DNA of 59,719 nucleotides from a virus (Duplodnaviria; Caudoviricetes): IMG/VR virus record IMGVR_UViG_3300025000_000111, positions 1 to 59,719 of that record; one strand, 5' to 3'. Shown piece by piece: positions 18,726 to 29,200 of this stretch (position 1 is its first letter; each line of letters starts with the position of its first letter). The notes under the pieces were generated by a model. It saw only the letters and a program-made list of their open reading frames with translations, ran no database searches and was not told where the DNA came from. The position numbers and the translations under genes were made by a program.

Positions 18726-20381
18726 TTATGATTTTATTAAGCGTAATGATATACCTATTTTTTTACTCTCCACAATTGAAAACGGTAATGTTGCTGAATC
18801 ATAAGCAAGTTGAAATGATTTAATTAATGTTGCACTTTGTTCATCACTACACCCAAATAAACCGTATTGTTTTGTATAAGCAAACACCCCAGCAGCAGCA
18901 TTACGAATACCATTACCCAACCCAGTAAACCCACTCGTATTATCAGCCCCTGTATTCGGTGTATTCCAATAGTCTGTACCTGTCATTTTCATCTTACCAC
19001 CAGCCACAACAGCACCGCCTAAAGCAGTTTGTAAGGTTGTAAACTCAGTTGATGTAGGTACGTGCCATCCAAATGAAGCAGAAGCCATATCAAGGTCAAA
19101 CAGTTTTACAGCATACCAATTATATAGTTTACCATATATCGCACCATTAGCAGCATCGTTATTGTAGTAGCACCACATACCTGATTCCTTCAAAGCAGCA
19201 TAAGTCTTTGCAGTTGCATCACCAGCCGTTGCAGCATAAACAGCATCATATATCTCGGTTGCGTTTGCCCAGCCGAGTTCTGAAATACTGCATGAATCAA
19301 TTGTAGCACTTAAACCAACCGCATTTAGCCCGACTGTTGTATTTACTGCTGTTGCCTTTAAAATTATAGTTTGAGTTCCTGCCGCTGTTATATTAGCACC
19401 CGAAACACCACCTAATAAAATATTGGCAGTACCACCAGTTAATGCACTTACAACGGTAACACATTTGTAATATTTACCAGCTGTCAATGTCTTTGTTTGT
19501 GTTGCTGTTGCCGTTGCTGCTGTTGCTATGATATTATCAGTATCATAGGCAATCCCAACTCCTAAAGTCCAGCCTGTTGCACTTCCTGTTATCGTAGGAT
19601 TGTCAAGTTTCTCCACAGCAGCAGCCGTTTGCATCTCAGGTATAACATTCCCCATCGGAGTGCATACAGCCTCAAAGTTACGTGTTGCCCATGTTTGAGT
19701 ACCTATAACGGTTGATTCAATTGCACTGTATAAAGTAGCAATAAAAGCCGTTTCACTTGTAATTTGATCAGTTGTTAATTCAGTATTTTGAAGCCTATAA
19801 TAGTTTATTTTAGCAGATAAGGCAGTGAATAGGGTATTGAATTTTGCTACCGTTGAAACTGTCAGCGTATCGAATAACGTACCATCTGCATAAATCTTTA
19901 AAGAAGTTCCATTTGCGACAAACATCCATTTTGTAAACTTACCGATGTAAGCAGAATTATTTACAGTCCCGTCAACCGTTGCACCCGCTGAATTAGTGAA
20001 TGAGAATACGTTTGTTGTAGTCTTATTTTTTAATAATGTTGACCCTGTCGAATCCGATGCGATTGTACGGTTTGTTTCAGAGTTACCATTAAAATTGATC
20101 ATTGAACTGATTGACCAAATGCCAGTCGCTGATAAGTCGATTAAGGTATGAATAAATAGACGTGCCTCACCATTCTGATTCGATGCAGTGTATTTCGACA
20201 AAGGCGCAATACCTCCAACGAGGCGAGGTTGAACTGTTGCTGTTGCTGATCCGTCTAAATTGTTATGGGCTGTACCCATATCATAAGCTGTACGTACATA
20301 TTTCAGTACACCATCAACTCTTTCAAATAATCCTGCATTTGCATCAAACAAAAGCAGTGTTGTGTCATATAATGTTGCCAT
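18726..20381 (-). CDS. Tail receptor-binding protein candidate: LamG/ConA-like + inserted CBM-like + FISUMP domain
   Basis: IGTQTWATRN...YGKLYNWYAV...GWHVPT..EF..L...LGG...AGGKMK...SGFTGL.G.R. Confidence 0.75.
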   Translation of the reverse strand: MATLYDTTLLLFDANAGLFERVDGVLKYVRTAYDMGTAHNNLDGSATATVQPRLVGGIAPLSKYTASNQNGEARLFIHTLIDLSATGIWSISSMINFNGNSETNRTIASDSTGSTLLKNKTTTNVFSFTNSAGATVDGTVNNSAYIGKFTKWMFVANGTSLKIYADGTLFDTLTVSTVAKFNTLFTALSAKINYYRLQNTELTTDQITSETAFIATLYSAIESTVIGTQTWATRNFEAVCTPMGNVIPEMQTAAAVEKLDNPTITGSATGWTLGVGIAYDTDNIIATAATATATQTKTLTAGKYYKCVTVVSALTGGTANILLGGVSGANITAAGTQTIILKATAVNTTVGLNAVGLSATIDSCSISELGWANATEIYDAVYAATAGDATAKTYAALKESGMWCYYNNDAANGAIYGKLYNWYAVKLFDLDMASASFGWHVPTSTEFTTLQTALGGAVVAGGKMKMTGTDYWNTPNTGADNTSGFTGLGNGIRNAAAGVFAYTKQYGLFGCSDEQSATLIKSFQLAYDSATLPFSIVESKKIGISLRLIKS

Positions 20382-20383
20382 AA

Positions 20384-20779
20384 TTAATTATTTATAATAT
20401 AACAGTAAATTGTTTCGGTGTTACCACCATTTTTAATCGTTCCACCTAAACCTATTACATACAAATTGTAATCGTAATATAATTGTTGACAAGCGGTTAA
20501 TACTTCTCCAACTAAGAAACAGATAATATCTGTTGTTATTTCTGGATTCTTTACAGTTCCACCAGCAGCTATAACCATATCTCTATAAGGAGGATACAGG
20601 TCTGAACAGAAACCACCTTGACCACTTTCAACTATCAATCTTATAGCAGGAAAACCATCATCAGCCATGACAATGGATTCCCGAAATAAGTCAAGTAAAG
20701 AGGAAGAAGTATTTGTACAGTTTAACTGTATTATTCCATTATCAAAGAAAAGTTGTCTAAAGATTTCACTGTTCTGCAT
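20384..20779 (-). CDS. Small virion protein with repeated modules
   Basis: Shares modules with 20766-20963, 20965-21333 and 21955-22761. Confidence 0.6.
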   Translation of the reverse strand: MQNSEIFRQLFFDNGIIQLNCTNTSSSLLDLFRESIVMADDGFPAIRLIVESGQGGFCSDLYPPYRDMVIAAGGTVKNPEITTDIICFLVGEVLTACQQLYYDYNLYVIGLGGTIKNGGNTETIYCYIINN

Positions 20780-20963
20780 ATACTCTTAGTGCATAATTTC
20801 CGCTGTCATCCAAGCCGATAAGTAATCGCAACAACTCATCAAGCGACATATCTTTGTTTAAGCAAGTGAAATAAGGGCTTCCATCGCTGTTAACGACCAT
20901 AACCCTTATCAATGCCTCAGCAGATAAATCTGTGTTTGTACAGTTAATTGCTAATTCTGCCAT
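20766..20963 (-). CDS. Small virion protein (2 Cys-initiated repeats)
   Basis: INCTNTDLSAEALIR...DGSP / FTCLNKDMSLDELLR...SGNYALRV. Confidence 0.6.
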   Translation of the reverse strand: MAELAINCTNTDLSAEALIRVMVVNSDGSPYFTCLNKDMSLDELLRLLIGLDDSGNYALRVYAEQ

Positions 20964-20964
20964 G

Positions 20965-21333
20965 TTACTGTGGTGCTGGTTCGTTAGACATTAACATTAA
21001 ACAGACATCACCGGATTCATTACGGGCAAAACACATTCTTAAAGCATCTTCCAGTTGTTCACCAACATTACAAACATCATCGTCTGCATCTGCTGTCTGT
21101 AAGATAATTCTTAAAGAAGGTCTTCCATCTGTATCCAGTTCCAATGCTCTCTGAAATAACTCATAGAATGAATCTTTGGTTGAACATGAGATAGGTTCTG
21201 TTCTGTCGTTAGCCAGATATACAGTTACGTTGATGAAGTTATTAGCTGACAGGGTATCATTACGGACAATTAAAGCCCCTAAGAGTGTTTCAAAAGAAAT
21301 CCCTGCTTTTCCGCATGTTACGTAGTTGCTCAT
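20965..21333 (-). CDS. Small virion protein (3 Cys-initiated repeats)
   Basis: VTC..ISFETLL / ISC..DSFYELF..DGRPSLRI / VC..LEDALR..SGDVCL. Confidence 0.6.
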   Translation of the reverse strand: MSNYVTCGKAGISFETLLGALIVRNDTLSANNFINVTVYLANDRTEPISCSTKDSFYELFQRALELDTDGRPSLRIILQTADADDDVCNVGEQLEDALRMCFARNESGDVCLMLMSNEPAPQ

Positions 21334-21887
21334 TATACTAGAGGATTAGCTGTACGTTCAGGAGAGAATTTTGATTCCCAAGTGGCTGTTCCAACCAGTT
21401 TCTTGATTGACTTGTTACCACGAAGAATAACCTCTTTCATTGATATTGTTGCCAATACCCCGCCTTCTCCACCGTATAAATGTGTCTGGTCTGCAAACCA
21501 TAATCTCATGGTTGTGTTGCATTCCATGTTACGCATAAATTCGTAGTTCAGGTCAGTGTTATCGTCAATATCAATATTGATAGTGAAGGTTGACGGTGTG
21601 TACACTTTACGTCTCATACTGATTTCAACCATCTCATTAACACCAGCAGGCATGTCGGCAGATACAGTCAGTTCCCTGATGGTATCGGTGCTGGCTACAT
21701 CTGTGTTACTGATTCTCAATAACCAATCTGTTGCGGTTGTCCAGTTTGCAACAATAGCAGCATCCTGAGAAGCAAGATATATTTTCTCTATCTCACCAAA
21801 CACAACTGCTGGGTCGCAAGGATCAAAATCGACCACTGGAAGGTAATCACTGCACCCTGTCGGGCAAGTAGGATTAATTACACTCAT
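21333..21887 (-). CDS. Putative major tail tube protein
   Basis: 184 aa, beta-rich, own class II promoter, no other tube candidate near the chaperone. Confidence 0.5.
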   Translation of the reverse strand: MSVINPTCPTGCSDYLPVVDFDPCDPAVVFGEIEKIYLASQDAAIVANWTTATDWLLRISNTDVASTDTIRELTVSADMPAGVNEMVEISMRRKVYTPSTFTINIDIDDNTDLNYEFMRNMECNTTMRLWFADQTHLYGGEGGVLATISMKEVILRGNKSIKKLVGTATWESKFSPERTANPLV

Positions 21888-21913
21888 TTTTTCAAAGTTT
21901 TTAAATTATTAAA

Positions 21914-21948
21914 CAAAAATAGATAAACAACAAGCCAATTAAAATCAT
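21914..21948 (-). promoter_or_regulatory. Class II promoter ATGATTTT-N19-TATTTTTG
   Basis: Motif match. Confidence 0.75.
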
Positions 21949-21954
21949 ATATAA

Positions 21955-22761
21955 TTAAACAGCAAACTCCCAAACAGTACTCTCAACAGCCGTACAACCC
22001 CACCTGTTAGCAGCAACCTTGAAATATATACTCTGTGCATAACCACATTCCTCTGTATAGATAGACGCCTTCACACCAGAGCCGTTGTATATTGATGATG
22101 AAATAGTACCCTGTGATACCCAAGCACCACCGCCAACTTTCATAAATACCTCAACAAAAGTGTTATCATCCGTTGTTCCACCTGTTATGATATAGGTGTA
22201 AAGTGTTCCAACACCAAGTTCTTCATAGATGTCTCTGGTAGCCTGTTCATCAATAATAGTGCCGCCCAAGCCTGTTACGTATTCTTCATAGTCACAATAG
22301 GCTACCGTTCCACTGACAGACATTGCTGTTAAGGTAGGTGCATTAATATCACAATCTATGGCTGTTGAACAAGAGTTGTTGCTTATTTCTGTGTAAATAA
22401 CAAATGTCATTACCACTTTTGCAAGTCCTTCTGCTTCATCCCATTCAGGATCAGATACCCGAAACTCATCCACAATAAGGTTAGTGCCATTGGATAGCAG
22501 TACTTCCACGTTATCATGTAGCTGTAAAGCAAACACAGCATCAACCATATACTCCTGTAAATAGGTTTCAATAGTGTACTGCTTTTCAATCCTCGCAAAA
22601 CTGCGGATGAAATCACCGCTTAAATCCTCATCACCATCTTCGCTGTAAATGTATTTAGGCTTACCCACATCCACATCAAGATAGAACTCCACAATAAGTC
22701 CATCGGCATAACAGATACCAGCCGTTAGGTCTTTACTGCTTGAATACCTTATTTTTATCAT
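21955..22761 (-). CDS. Putative tail/baseplate protein
   Basis: Position after tape measure; contains a YVTGLGGTI module. Confidence 0.55.
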   Translation of the reverse strand: MIKIRYSSSKDLTAGICYADGLIVEFYLDVDVGKPKYIYSEDGDEDLSGDFIRSFARIEKQYTIETYLQEYMVDAVFALQLHDNVEVLLSNGTNLIVDEFRVSDPEWDEAEGLAKVVMTFVIYTEISNNSCSTAIDCDINAPTLTAMSVSGTVAYCDYEEYVTGLGGTIIDEQATRDIYEELGVGTLYTYIITGGTTDDNTFVEVFMKVGGGAWVSQGTISSSIYNGSGVKASIYTEECGYAQSIYFKVAANRWGCTAVESTVWEFAV

Positions 22762-23963
22762 AACTTAGTTAGTATTGCTTGGTATATTTCTAAACTATTG
22801 GGGACAATCTCACCACCTGTATCCGTAGTCCAATTAAACTTTAAGTAAATGGTGTTACTTGCCGTAGTATCAACCACAAACACATCCTGAACACCTCTTG
22901 AATAGAACTTATCGTATGATGCACTATCATCAATTCTCTCAATGTAATTAACATAGACGCTACCCGTAGCACCAATAGTCCTTACGGTCATATAAATATT
23001 GACGTTAAACAAATGGTTAATGCTAACAGGAACGGTAGCAACATTAGAAAAATCATCACCAAGATAAAAGGCTAAAGTACGCTCTGTGTTGGATGCACCT
23101 GTTATAATCTTACCAAACACCTCAAGTTTAATAACATCACCAACAGCAAGTGTGTTAGCACTAATAGTCAAACTACCTACACCCGTTCCCAGAATATTTG
23201 TGAGTGTAGTAATTGCACCACCAATTGTTACCGTGTTGGTTTGTTTAAATAATACCGTAGGACTATCGGCTATTTGAGCATCTAATAAACCAAGTGCATC
23301 TACAATAGACTCAGCACCGTCAAGATAATTATATCCTGAGAAGGGTATAAGTTGTCCATCTGTACCTAATCCAACTGCTGTTATTACATCACCCAAAACA
23401 AAGTCAAGCTCACCAAGACCTTCTGTAATACTTAGTGTCGGGTTAAGGAAGTTGGTCGAAACAAAAGGAATAAAATCACCGTTACTATCAAGACCTATTG
23501 CTATTGCTATTGGTTGTGAAATATCGTTATTCCATTCTGTATGTAACCCAGCCTCATCTGTATATTGTATAAGATAAGCAACACCACTCGCCATTACACC
23601 TGCAACATCAACAATATCAGGTTTAACCAATGCGTTTGATATTACCAATTGACCCTCAACGGTGAAAGGTGGGTAATTACTTTCTATGGCTACATCTAAC
23701 AACTCTTCTGCTTCTCTATGTGTAGTAGCAGTATCCATAAAGTTAGTTCCTGAAAACGGAATAAAAGTGCCATCCACGTTAAGACCGATAGCAGCCTCAA
23801 TAACATTATCCTGTGCTTCTCTTTCGGCTTTTTCAACGGCTCTTAACTGTGCGCCTGTAAACTTCCTGCTCTCAACACCAGTAATCAGTTGTCCTTCCAT
23901 TTCATCAACGTCTTGGAAATCAGTACTTGATGGTGTTAACTGGCTTATCTTCTTGTTTGACAT
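22758..23963 (-). CDS. Putative tail fibre/spike with three internal ~36-aa repeats
   Basis: KKISQL N terminus; A[IV]GLxxxGxxIPFxxxN[FY] occurs 3 times. Confidence 0.6.
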   Translation of the reverse strand: MSNKKISQLTPSSTDFQDVDEMEGQLITGVESRKFTGAQLRAVEKAEREAQDNVIEAAIGLNVDGTFIPFSGTNFMDTATTHREAEELLDVAIESNYPPFTVEGQLVISNALVKPDIVDVAGVMASGVAYLIQYTDEAGLHTEWNNDISQPIAIAIGLDSNGDFIPFVSTNFLNPTLSITEGLGELDFVLGDVITAVGLGTDGQLIPFSGYNYLDGAESIVDALGLLDAQIADSPTVLFKQTNTVTIGGAITTLTNILGTGVGSLTISANTLAVGDVIKLEVFGKIITGASNTERTLAFYLGDDFSNVATVPVSINHLFNVNIYMTVRTIGATGSVYVNYIERIDDSASYDKFYSRGVQDVFVVDTTASNTIYLKFNWTTDTGGEIVPNSLEIYQAILTKL

Positions 23964-23964
23964 A

Positions 23965-24471
23965 TTAGATTATTCTTAAATTAGTTCCATCAATAGTTCT
24001 TAAATCCGTGTTGCTGTCTGACCATGCACGATATGTTCCTATAAACTCAACCTCACTTGTTACTTGTATGTTTTCTGAATACCTTGTAGTTACACCATCA
24101 GACCATACAGCATAATAGTTTCCAATAGGTAAGTCAATGGTTTCTAAGTCGGGATTGATACCTAAGAATGTGATATAATCAACACTACCTATACTCCTTA
24201 TTCTGAAATACTTATTAATAGCAGCACTGAAATCATAGTCATCTAATGTATTGATACAGTAGAAGATAAGAGTGAAGTCTGCAATAGGTATAGCACTGAA
24301 TGCCCTAACAACCTGAAATGGTAGTATCGTACCATAAGGCATAATCAAAAACTCACTCTTTGGTATTGATAGTTTCCTACCGTAGTCAGTGGCTTCGCTT
24401 ATCTTGTTCCTATCATCGTAAAACCTGAATGGTAGGTGTAGTCCGTGTTCTAAGTAGTATGTGTTATCCAT
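23965..24471 (-). CDS. Putative tail protein
   Basis: Position in tail module. Confidence 0.55.
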   Translation of the reverse strand: MDNTYYLEHGLHLPFRFYDDRNKISEATDYGRKLSIPKSEFLIMPYGTILPFQVVRAFSAIPIADFTLIFYCINTLDDYDFSAAINKYFRIRSIGSVDYITFLGINPDLETIDLPIGNYYAVWSDGVTTRYSENIQVTSEVEFIGTYRAWSDSNTDLRTIDGTNLRII

Positions 24472-24475
24472 TATT

Positions 24476-26245
24476 TTATGTATCGCTTAGTAATAATATC
24501 AGTTTAAAGTTAGCATTCTTAACCGAATAAGACGCTGATTCTATTTCTGCTATTCCAATTCTTGTGTTTAGTAACCTGTATGGATTAAATAGGTTATATC
24601 TTGTGTTATAGGTATATCTGCTTCTTTGCTTAACCCTTCTGGTATAACTAAAGTTAACAGCATTGCCAAATACTGTACCCGTATCTGTTGGTGTTCCATA
24701 TATCCAATAGTTAGTCTGAATATTATAGATAGCCACATCACCGTTTATTGCAGTTAATCCCTCGTTATTTACAACAGCACCATAAATCAAATAGTAATAT
24801 TGCGTTTTCATTGGTTGTCCGGCAATCAATATGATACCGTCATTAGGTGCATCTAATTGATTCTCCCACACGTACATATAGTCAGTAGTCAATGGTGTTA
24901 CTGATATACTGTTAGTCAGTTCACCGTTAGTACATCCTTCTGAGTAAATAATATCTTGTGGTATAAAACCTTCATATTCAGCAGAACCCATCACAAAATT
25001 GGTAGCCTTTTCAAGTTTATCTTTGTTTGGTTTAATAACTGCCCTGTTAACTTCATTTACATCACTATCAACAAACTGGGTAAAATATGCACCTCCATTA
25101 TCGTAGTACTTTCTGTGTTCTATAACAAGGTTCATATTAGTTCCATCCCATTCAATGTGCCAACCAGTGTTGAATAGTCTTAGATAATCAAGTATAGCCT
25201 TTACACTGGTGTCCTGTCTTCTTGCTGGGTCAACCCTTGTTTTAGCATCCGATTGTTGCAGTAAAAGAAGCCCCGTAAGACGGTTTGGTAAGTTTGTGAT
25301 AGGATTTACCATACTCTTAAAGAAGGTGCTTTTAAACACTCCGTAATCAATATCAAACAGCTTTTTATTCAACAGGTATTCTACCGGAATACACCTTGTG
25401 TTGATTATATCATCTTCACCCCGTAACGGTAATGAATAAGTTATTGTCAAGGCATCAACCTGTTCAATGTCGTAACCATTCACAACAGTAGGATCAACCG
25501 GATACCTTACCCATTTATAGAATCCACCAACCAATCCAAGACCATACCAAGTTCCGGATGGTGATACATTTATTGTGGTATATTGCACCTCTCTGACATA
25601 TTCCCTACTTACAAACCATTCAGTGGGGTTTTCAATTAAGTCAGCCTGTACTTCCATTACCTTTAGAATGCTGTAAGGGAAACTTCCTGTTCCATCCTGA
25701 AAGAAACTACCATCAACAAAAGGGTCAACGGGTTCAACTACTTCGTGTGGTGAAATGACTATATCTGTTTCGATCTCAAACTCAAACATCTGAGTGGTTG
25801 TATGGCTTGCAATCTTGTAATTTATCAGATTGAATACTGTATCGTAAGTCCTTAAAAATCTTGAATATACGTCAAATGTTTCTACGTTAATAGCAATAGT
25901 GCATCTGTCTAAATCAACTGTTACACCATCTTTCTTTATCATCCCAATGTAGTCAGCTAATCCCCAAAAGTTATTGGTTACGAAATCGCCACGTTCACAA
26001 CTATCATTATACACCAATAAGAATGGTTCACAGCTATCAATAATCCCTGAAAGTAAAGTATAATCCGTCTTGTTAAAAATGTATTCACCTGATGCGTTAA
26101 CCCTGTAATAAAAGTTATTTTCGGCTCTGATAATATCCAGTGTGATGCCGGAATCATTCGGGGTAGCATCCTGTAAATAGGCATAACTACCTATGTCGTA
26201 GAAATCACCTACACCATTATAACTCCATATTTGATAACTACCCAT
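24476..26245 (-). CDS. Putative tail-tip/baseplate hub protein
   Basis: 589 aa directly after the tape measure. Confidence 0.55.
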   Translation of the reverse strand: MGSYQIWSYNGVGDFYDIGSYAYLQDATPNDSGITLDIIRAENNFYYRVNASGEYIFNKTDYTLLSGIIDSCEPFLLVYNDSCERGDFVTNNFWGLADYIGMIKKDGVTVDLDRCTIAINVETFDVYSRFLRTYDTVFNLINYKIASHTTTQMFEFEIETDIVISPHEVVEPVDPFVDGSFFQDGTGSFPYSILKVMEVQADLIENPTEWFVSREYVREVQYTTINVSPSGTWYGLGLVGGFYKWVRYPVDPTVVNGYDIEQVDALTITYSLPLRGEDDIINTRCIPVEYLLNKKLFDIDYGVFKSTFFKSMVNPITNLPNRLTGLLLLQQSDAKTRVDPARRQDTSVKAILDYLRLFNTGWHIEWDGTNMNLVIEHRKYYDNGGAYFTQFVDSDVNEVNRAVIKPNKDKLEKATNFVMGSAEYEGFIPQDIIYSEGCTNGELTNSISVTPLTTDYMYVWENQLDAPNDGIILIAGQPMKTQYYYLIYGAVVNNEGLTAINGDVAIYNIQTNYWIYGTPTDTGTVFGNAVNFSYTRRVKQRSRYTYNTRYNLFNPYRLLNTRIGIAEIESASYSVKNANFKLILLLSDT

Positions 26246-29200
26246 TGGTTCTGACCCTCCGTACTCTGTTACCGTTTATGATTATCTTATAGCCATTGTT
26301 ATAGACTACCGTTTCTTTATCTCTGACCTGTTCCAATACAGAATGAATGTCTGAAAGTTTCCTGTCATCCAGTTTAGCGGTGAAATTGTTATTTCCAACT
26401 CTTGTGTTGTTTACAACCAAATCCCTGTCGATACTACCTTTGTTGACAGCATCTGTAAAGGCTGCAAGATTCTTACCGTACTTCTGTGTGGCACGTCTGT
26501 TGAACACAGATACCATTTCACCTTGTTCAGCTTCACCCATTTCACCTAATGATACACCACCTTGACTATGTCTTTTACCACCAAGTATCTTGTAACCACC
26601 TTTTTCAAACTGATTACCTGATGCTGCTATTTCGGCTGACTTGGCTTTCCATCCAGATACTAAGGCTAACAGTCCTGATATACCAACAGCAGCCACGGCA
26701 ATGCCTATAACACCTTTCTTTGCTTCTGAGGCTATTATCTGAATTATAGCAGAAGTCAAGTTAGCTGCATCTGACAAGGCTTGCGCTGCTCTCTGTTTCT
26801 TTAATGCTTCTGCCTGATCTTTTAATGCTTGGTCACGGATTACTTTCTGTTCTTCAAGTTCCTTTCTTTTCAGCGTTACGTTACTTGCGAAACCAGCCTC
26901 CGCCAAGGCTATCTCTGTTTCAAGTGCTTGCTGTAATTCATCCACAGCCCTGTTCTCTGCATCAACTCTTACTTTGGCTGATTGTACTGCTGCATCTGCA
27001 ATCCTTTGGTAGTTATCTATTACGGTATCGAAAGATTGCTGTAACAGTTCCTTATCTTTATCTGACAAGTTCTTACCTATACCAAGTAATGAATAGATGT
27101 CTTTATTGGCTGGTGATTGTACCTCTGGGGTGATAAGTCCCATCCGTTTCATCTTTATGATTAACTGTTTTTCAAGTTCATCCATTGAATCAAGGTCAAT
27201 ACCTAAGAAAGCAGCAGCCTCTTCAACCGTCTTACCCTTATTAACCTCACTGTCAATAAGGTCACGTCTCGCCTTAATGGTATTGAATATCTGGTCTATT
27301 TCATCCTGAGCTACTTTTAACTCTAATTCATACTCAGCACCAAAGATTAAATCAGTTATCCTTCTTTTTTCATTGGGGTCTATCTCTTCGTTTAACTGTT
27401 TTTTAAGGTTGTCAATAGTTACACGTAGTAATTCCTGCTCAAACTTATCTGTACGTTTCTGGCTTTCAAGAAGTTTGTTATCATTCTTTTGTTGTATCTT
27501 TAATCTTTCAGTACCATACTTCTCGTAAATATCAAGTAATTCCTTACTTAATAACTGCTCTTGCTGTTTAGCCAGTTCACCGTATTGTTCCTTTAACCGT
27601 AATGATTCAGCCTCGTTAGCGTCAAGCATATATAGTCTTTCCTTGTATGTGGAATTTTCTATTGCCAACTTCATTTCACGCTGTTCATTAGTTAAAGCCC
27701 TATCAGCATTTATAGCATTAAGCCTTATTTGATGTTCAAGGTCATACTGTTTCTTTAAGTCTGATATTCTCTTTGACTTTTCTTCCGGTGTTTCTTCTAC
27801 TTTCTTTTTATCAACAGCCCTATTATCAAGAATTTTATTTATCTCATCCCTGATAATCTTTTCTTTCCTTAACTCTACTTCAAACTTTGATTCTTCCAGT
27901 GACATTCTTGTAATATTGTCAACGGTAGTTTTATATATCATATTCAACTCATCATTAGTCTTCTTACTTAAAGATGTGGATAAGTTAGCCTGATTAGTTA
28001 ATATGGCCGTATTGTATGCAAGTAGTTCTTCTGCTGCACGAACATAAGATTCTGATTTGCTTTTTAAACTTGATTCTATTTCAAGGTTTAATTGTGTCCT
28101 TAAATTACTTTCAAGTAAAGCAGATGAAGATTTAAACAGTTTATCATTAAGTTCATTATGTTTATTTAACCTTACACTATCAAACTGTTCCTGTGTTATT
28201 TCTTTCTTTAACAATGATTCACGTAACGCAGCTATATCATCCTCATAACTTTTCTTTGCAAGGGTATTACTTTCAGATATATTACGTTCTACATTCTTTA
28301 TGATATTAGCCTTATCCTGAATAATCCTTTGAGTAAAGGTTCTTGAAAGGTCAAACCCATATTTTTCCTGTAATGATAACTCGTTCAGTTTATCCGTTAA
28401 TACATCAAGGCTTGATTTAAATATATTAGATACAGTTCCGTTTCCTTGGTCAAATTCAAGTATCAATGCTTTCCAAGATGCAGACAATATATCAATTTTT
28501 GAAGATAGTGTAACAAGGTTTATTTCAGCCATTTGCTTAATCGAACCGTTTACATCATCAAACGCAAGTCTTGTACTTTTTAATGTTTCAACACCACTTT
28601 CTAATATTGCAAAGGCTGTTGATGTTCTTACGTCCGTAGCTTTTAGAATCTCGTTCAGTGTTATTCCTGATTCTTTCATTCTTTCAAGCCCACCAATAAA
28701 ATCTTGGAATGTGGTTATATTACCACCCATTGCCTTTTGTAAGTTTGAACCACTATCAGCAAGTTTCAGCATCATCTGCCTCATAGCTGTACCAGCCATA
28801 GAGCCTTTAATACCGTTATTAGCAAGTAAAGCCATCATTGACGCAACATCTTCAATACTCCATCCCAGTTGTGCGGCAACTGATGTTGAATACTTTGCAG
28901 CTTCATTCCAACTGGATATATCTAAGGCTGAAATATTCATAGCCTTACCCATTACATCAATTACTTTTGTGAGGTCTGATGCTGTCAGTCCAAAGTTACG
29001 CATTGCAGCAGTACTAATTTCTGTTGCCTGTGTTAAGTCTTCACCAGTTGCAATAGCTAAGTCATTGATTGGTTTAATCATCACTGCTATTTCATTGGCT
29101 GTAAAACCTAATTTAGATAGTTCTACTTCTGCATCTGCAATGGTTTTTGGATCGAATATACTTCCCGACCTTACTAAGTCTCGTGTGATATTTGAAAGTG

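Noticed and set aside
18726..20381. Diversity-generating retroelement targeting the FISUMP gene
   Set aside because: No reverse transcriptase ORF and no template repeat recognised
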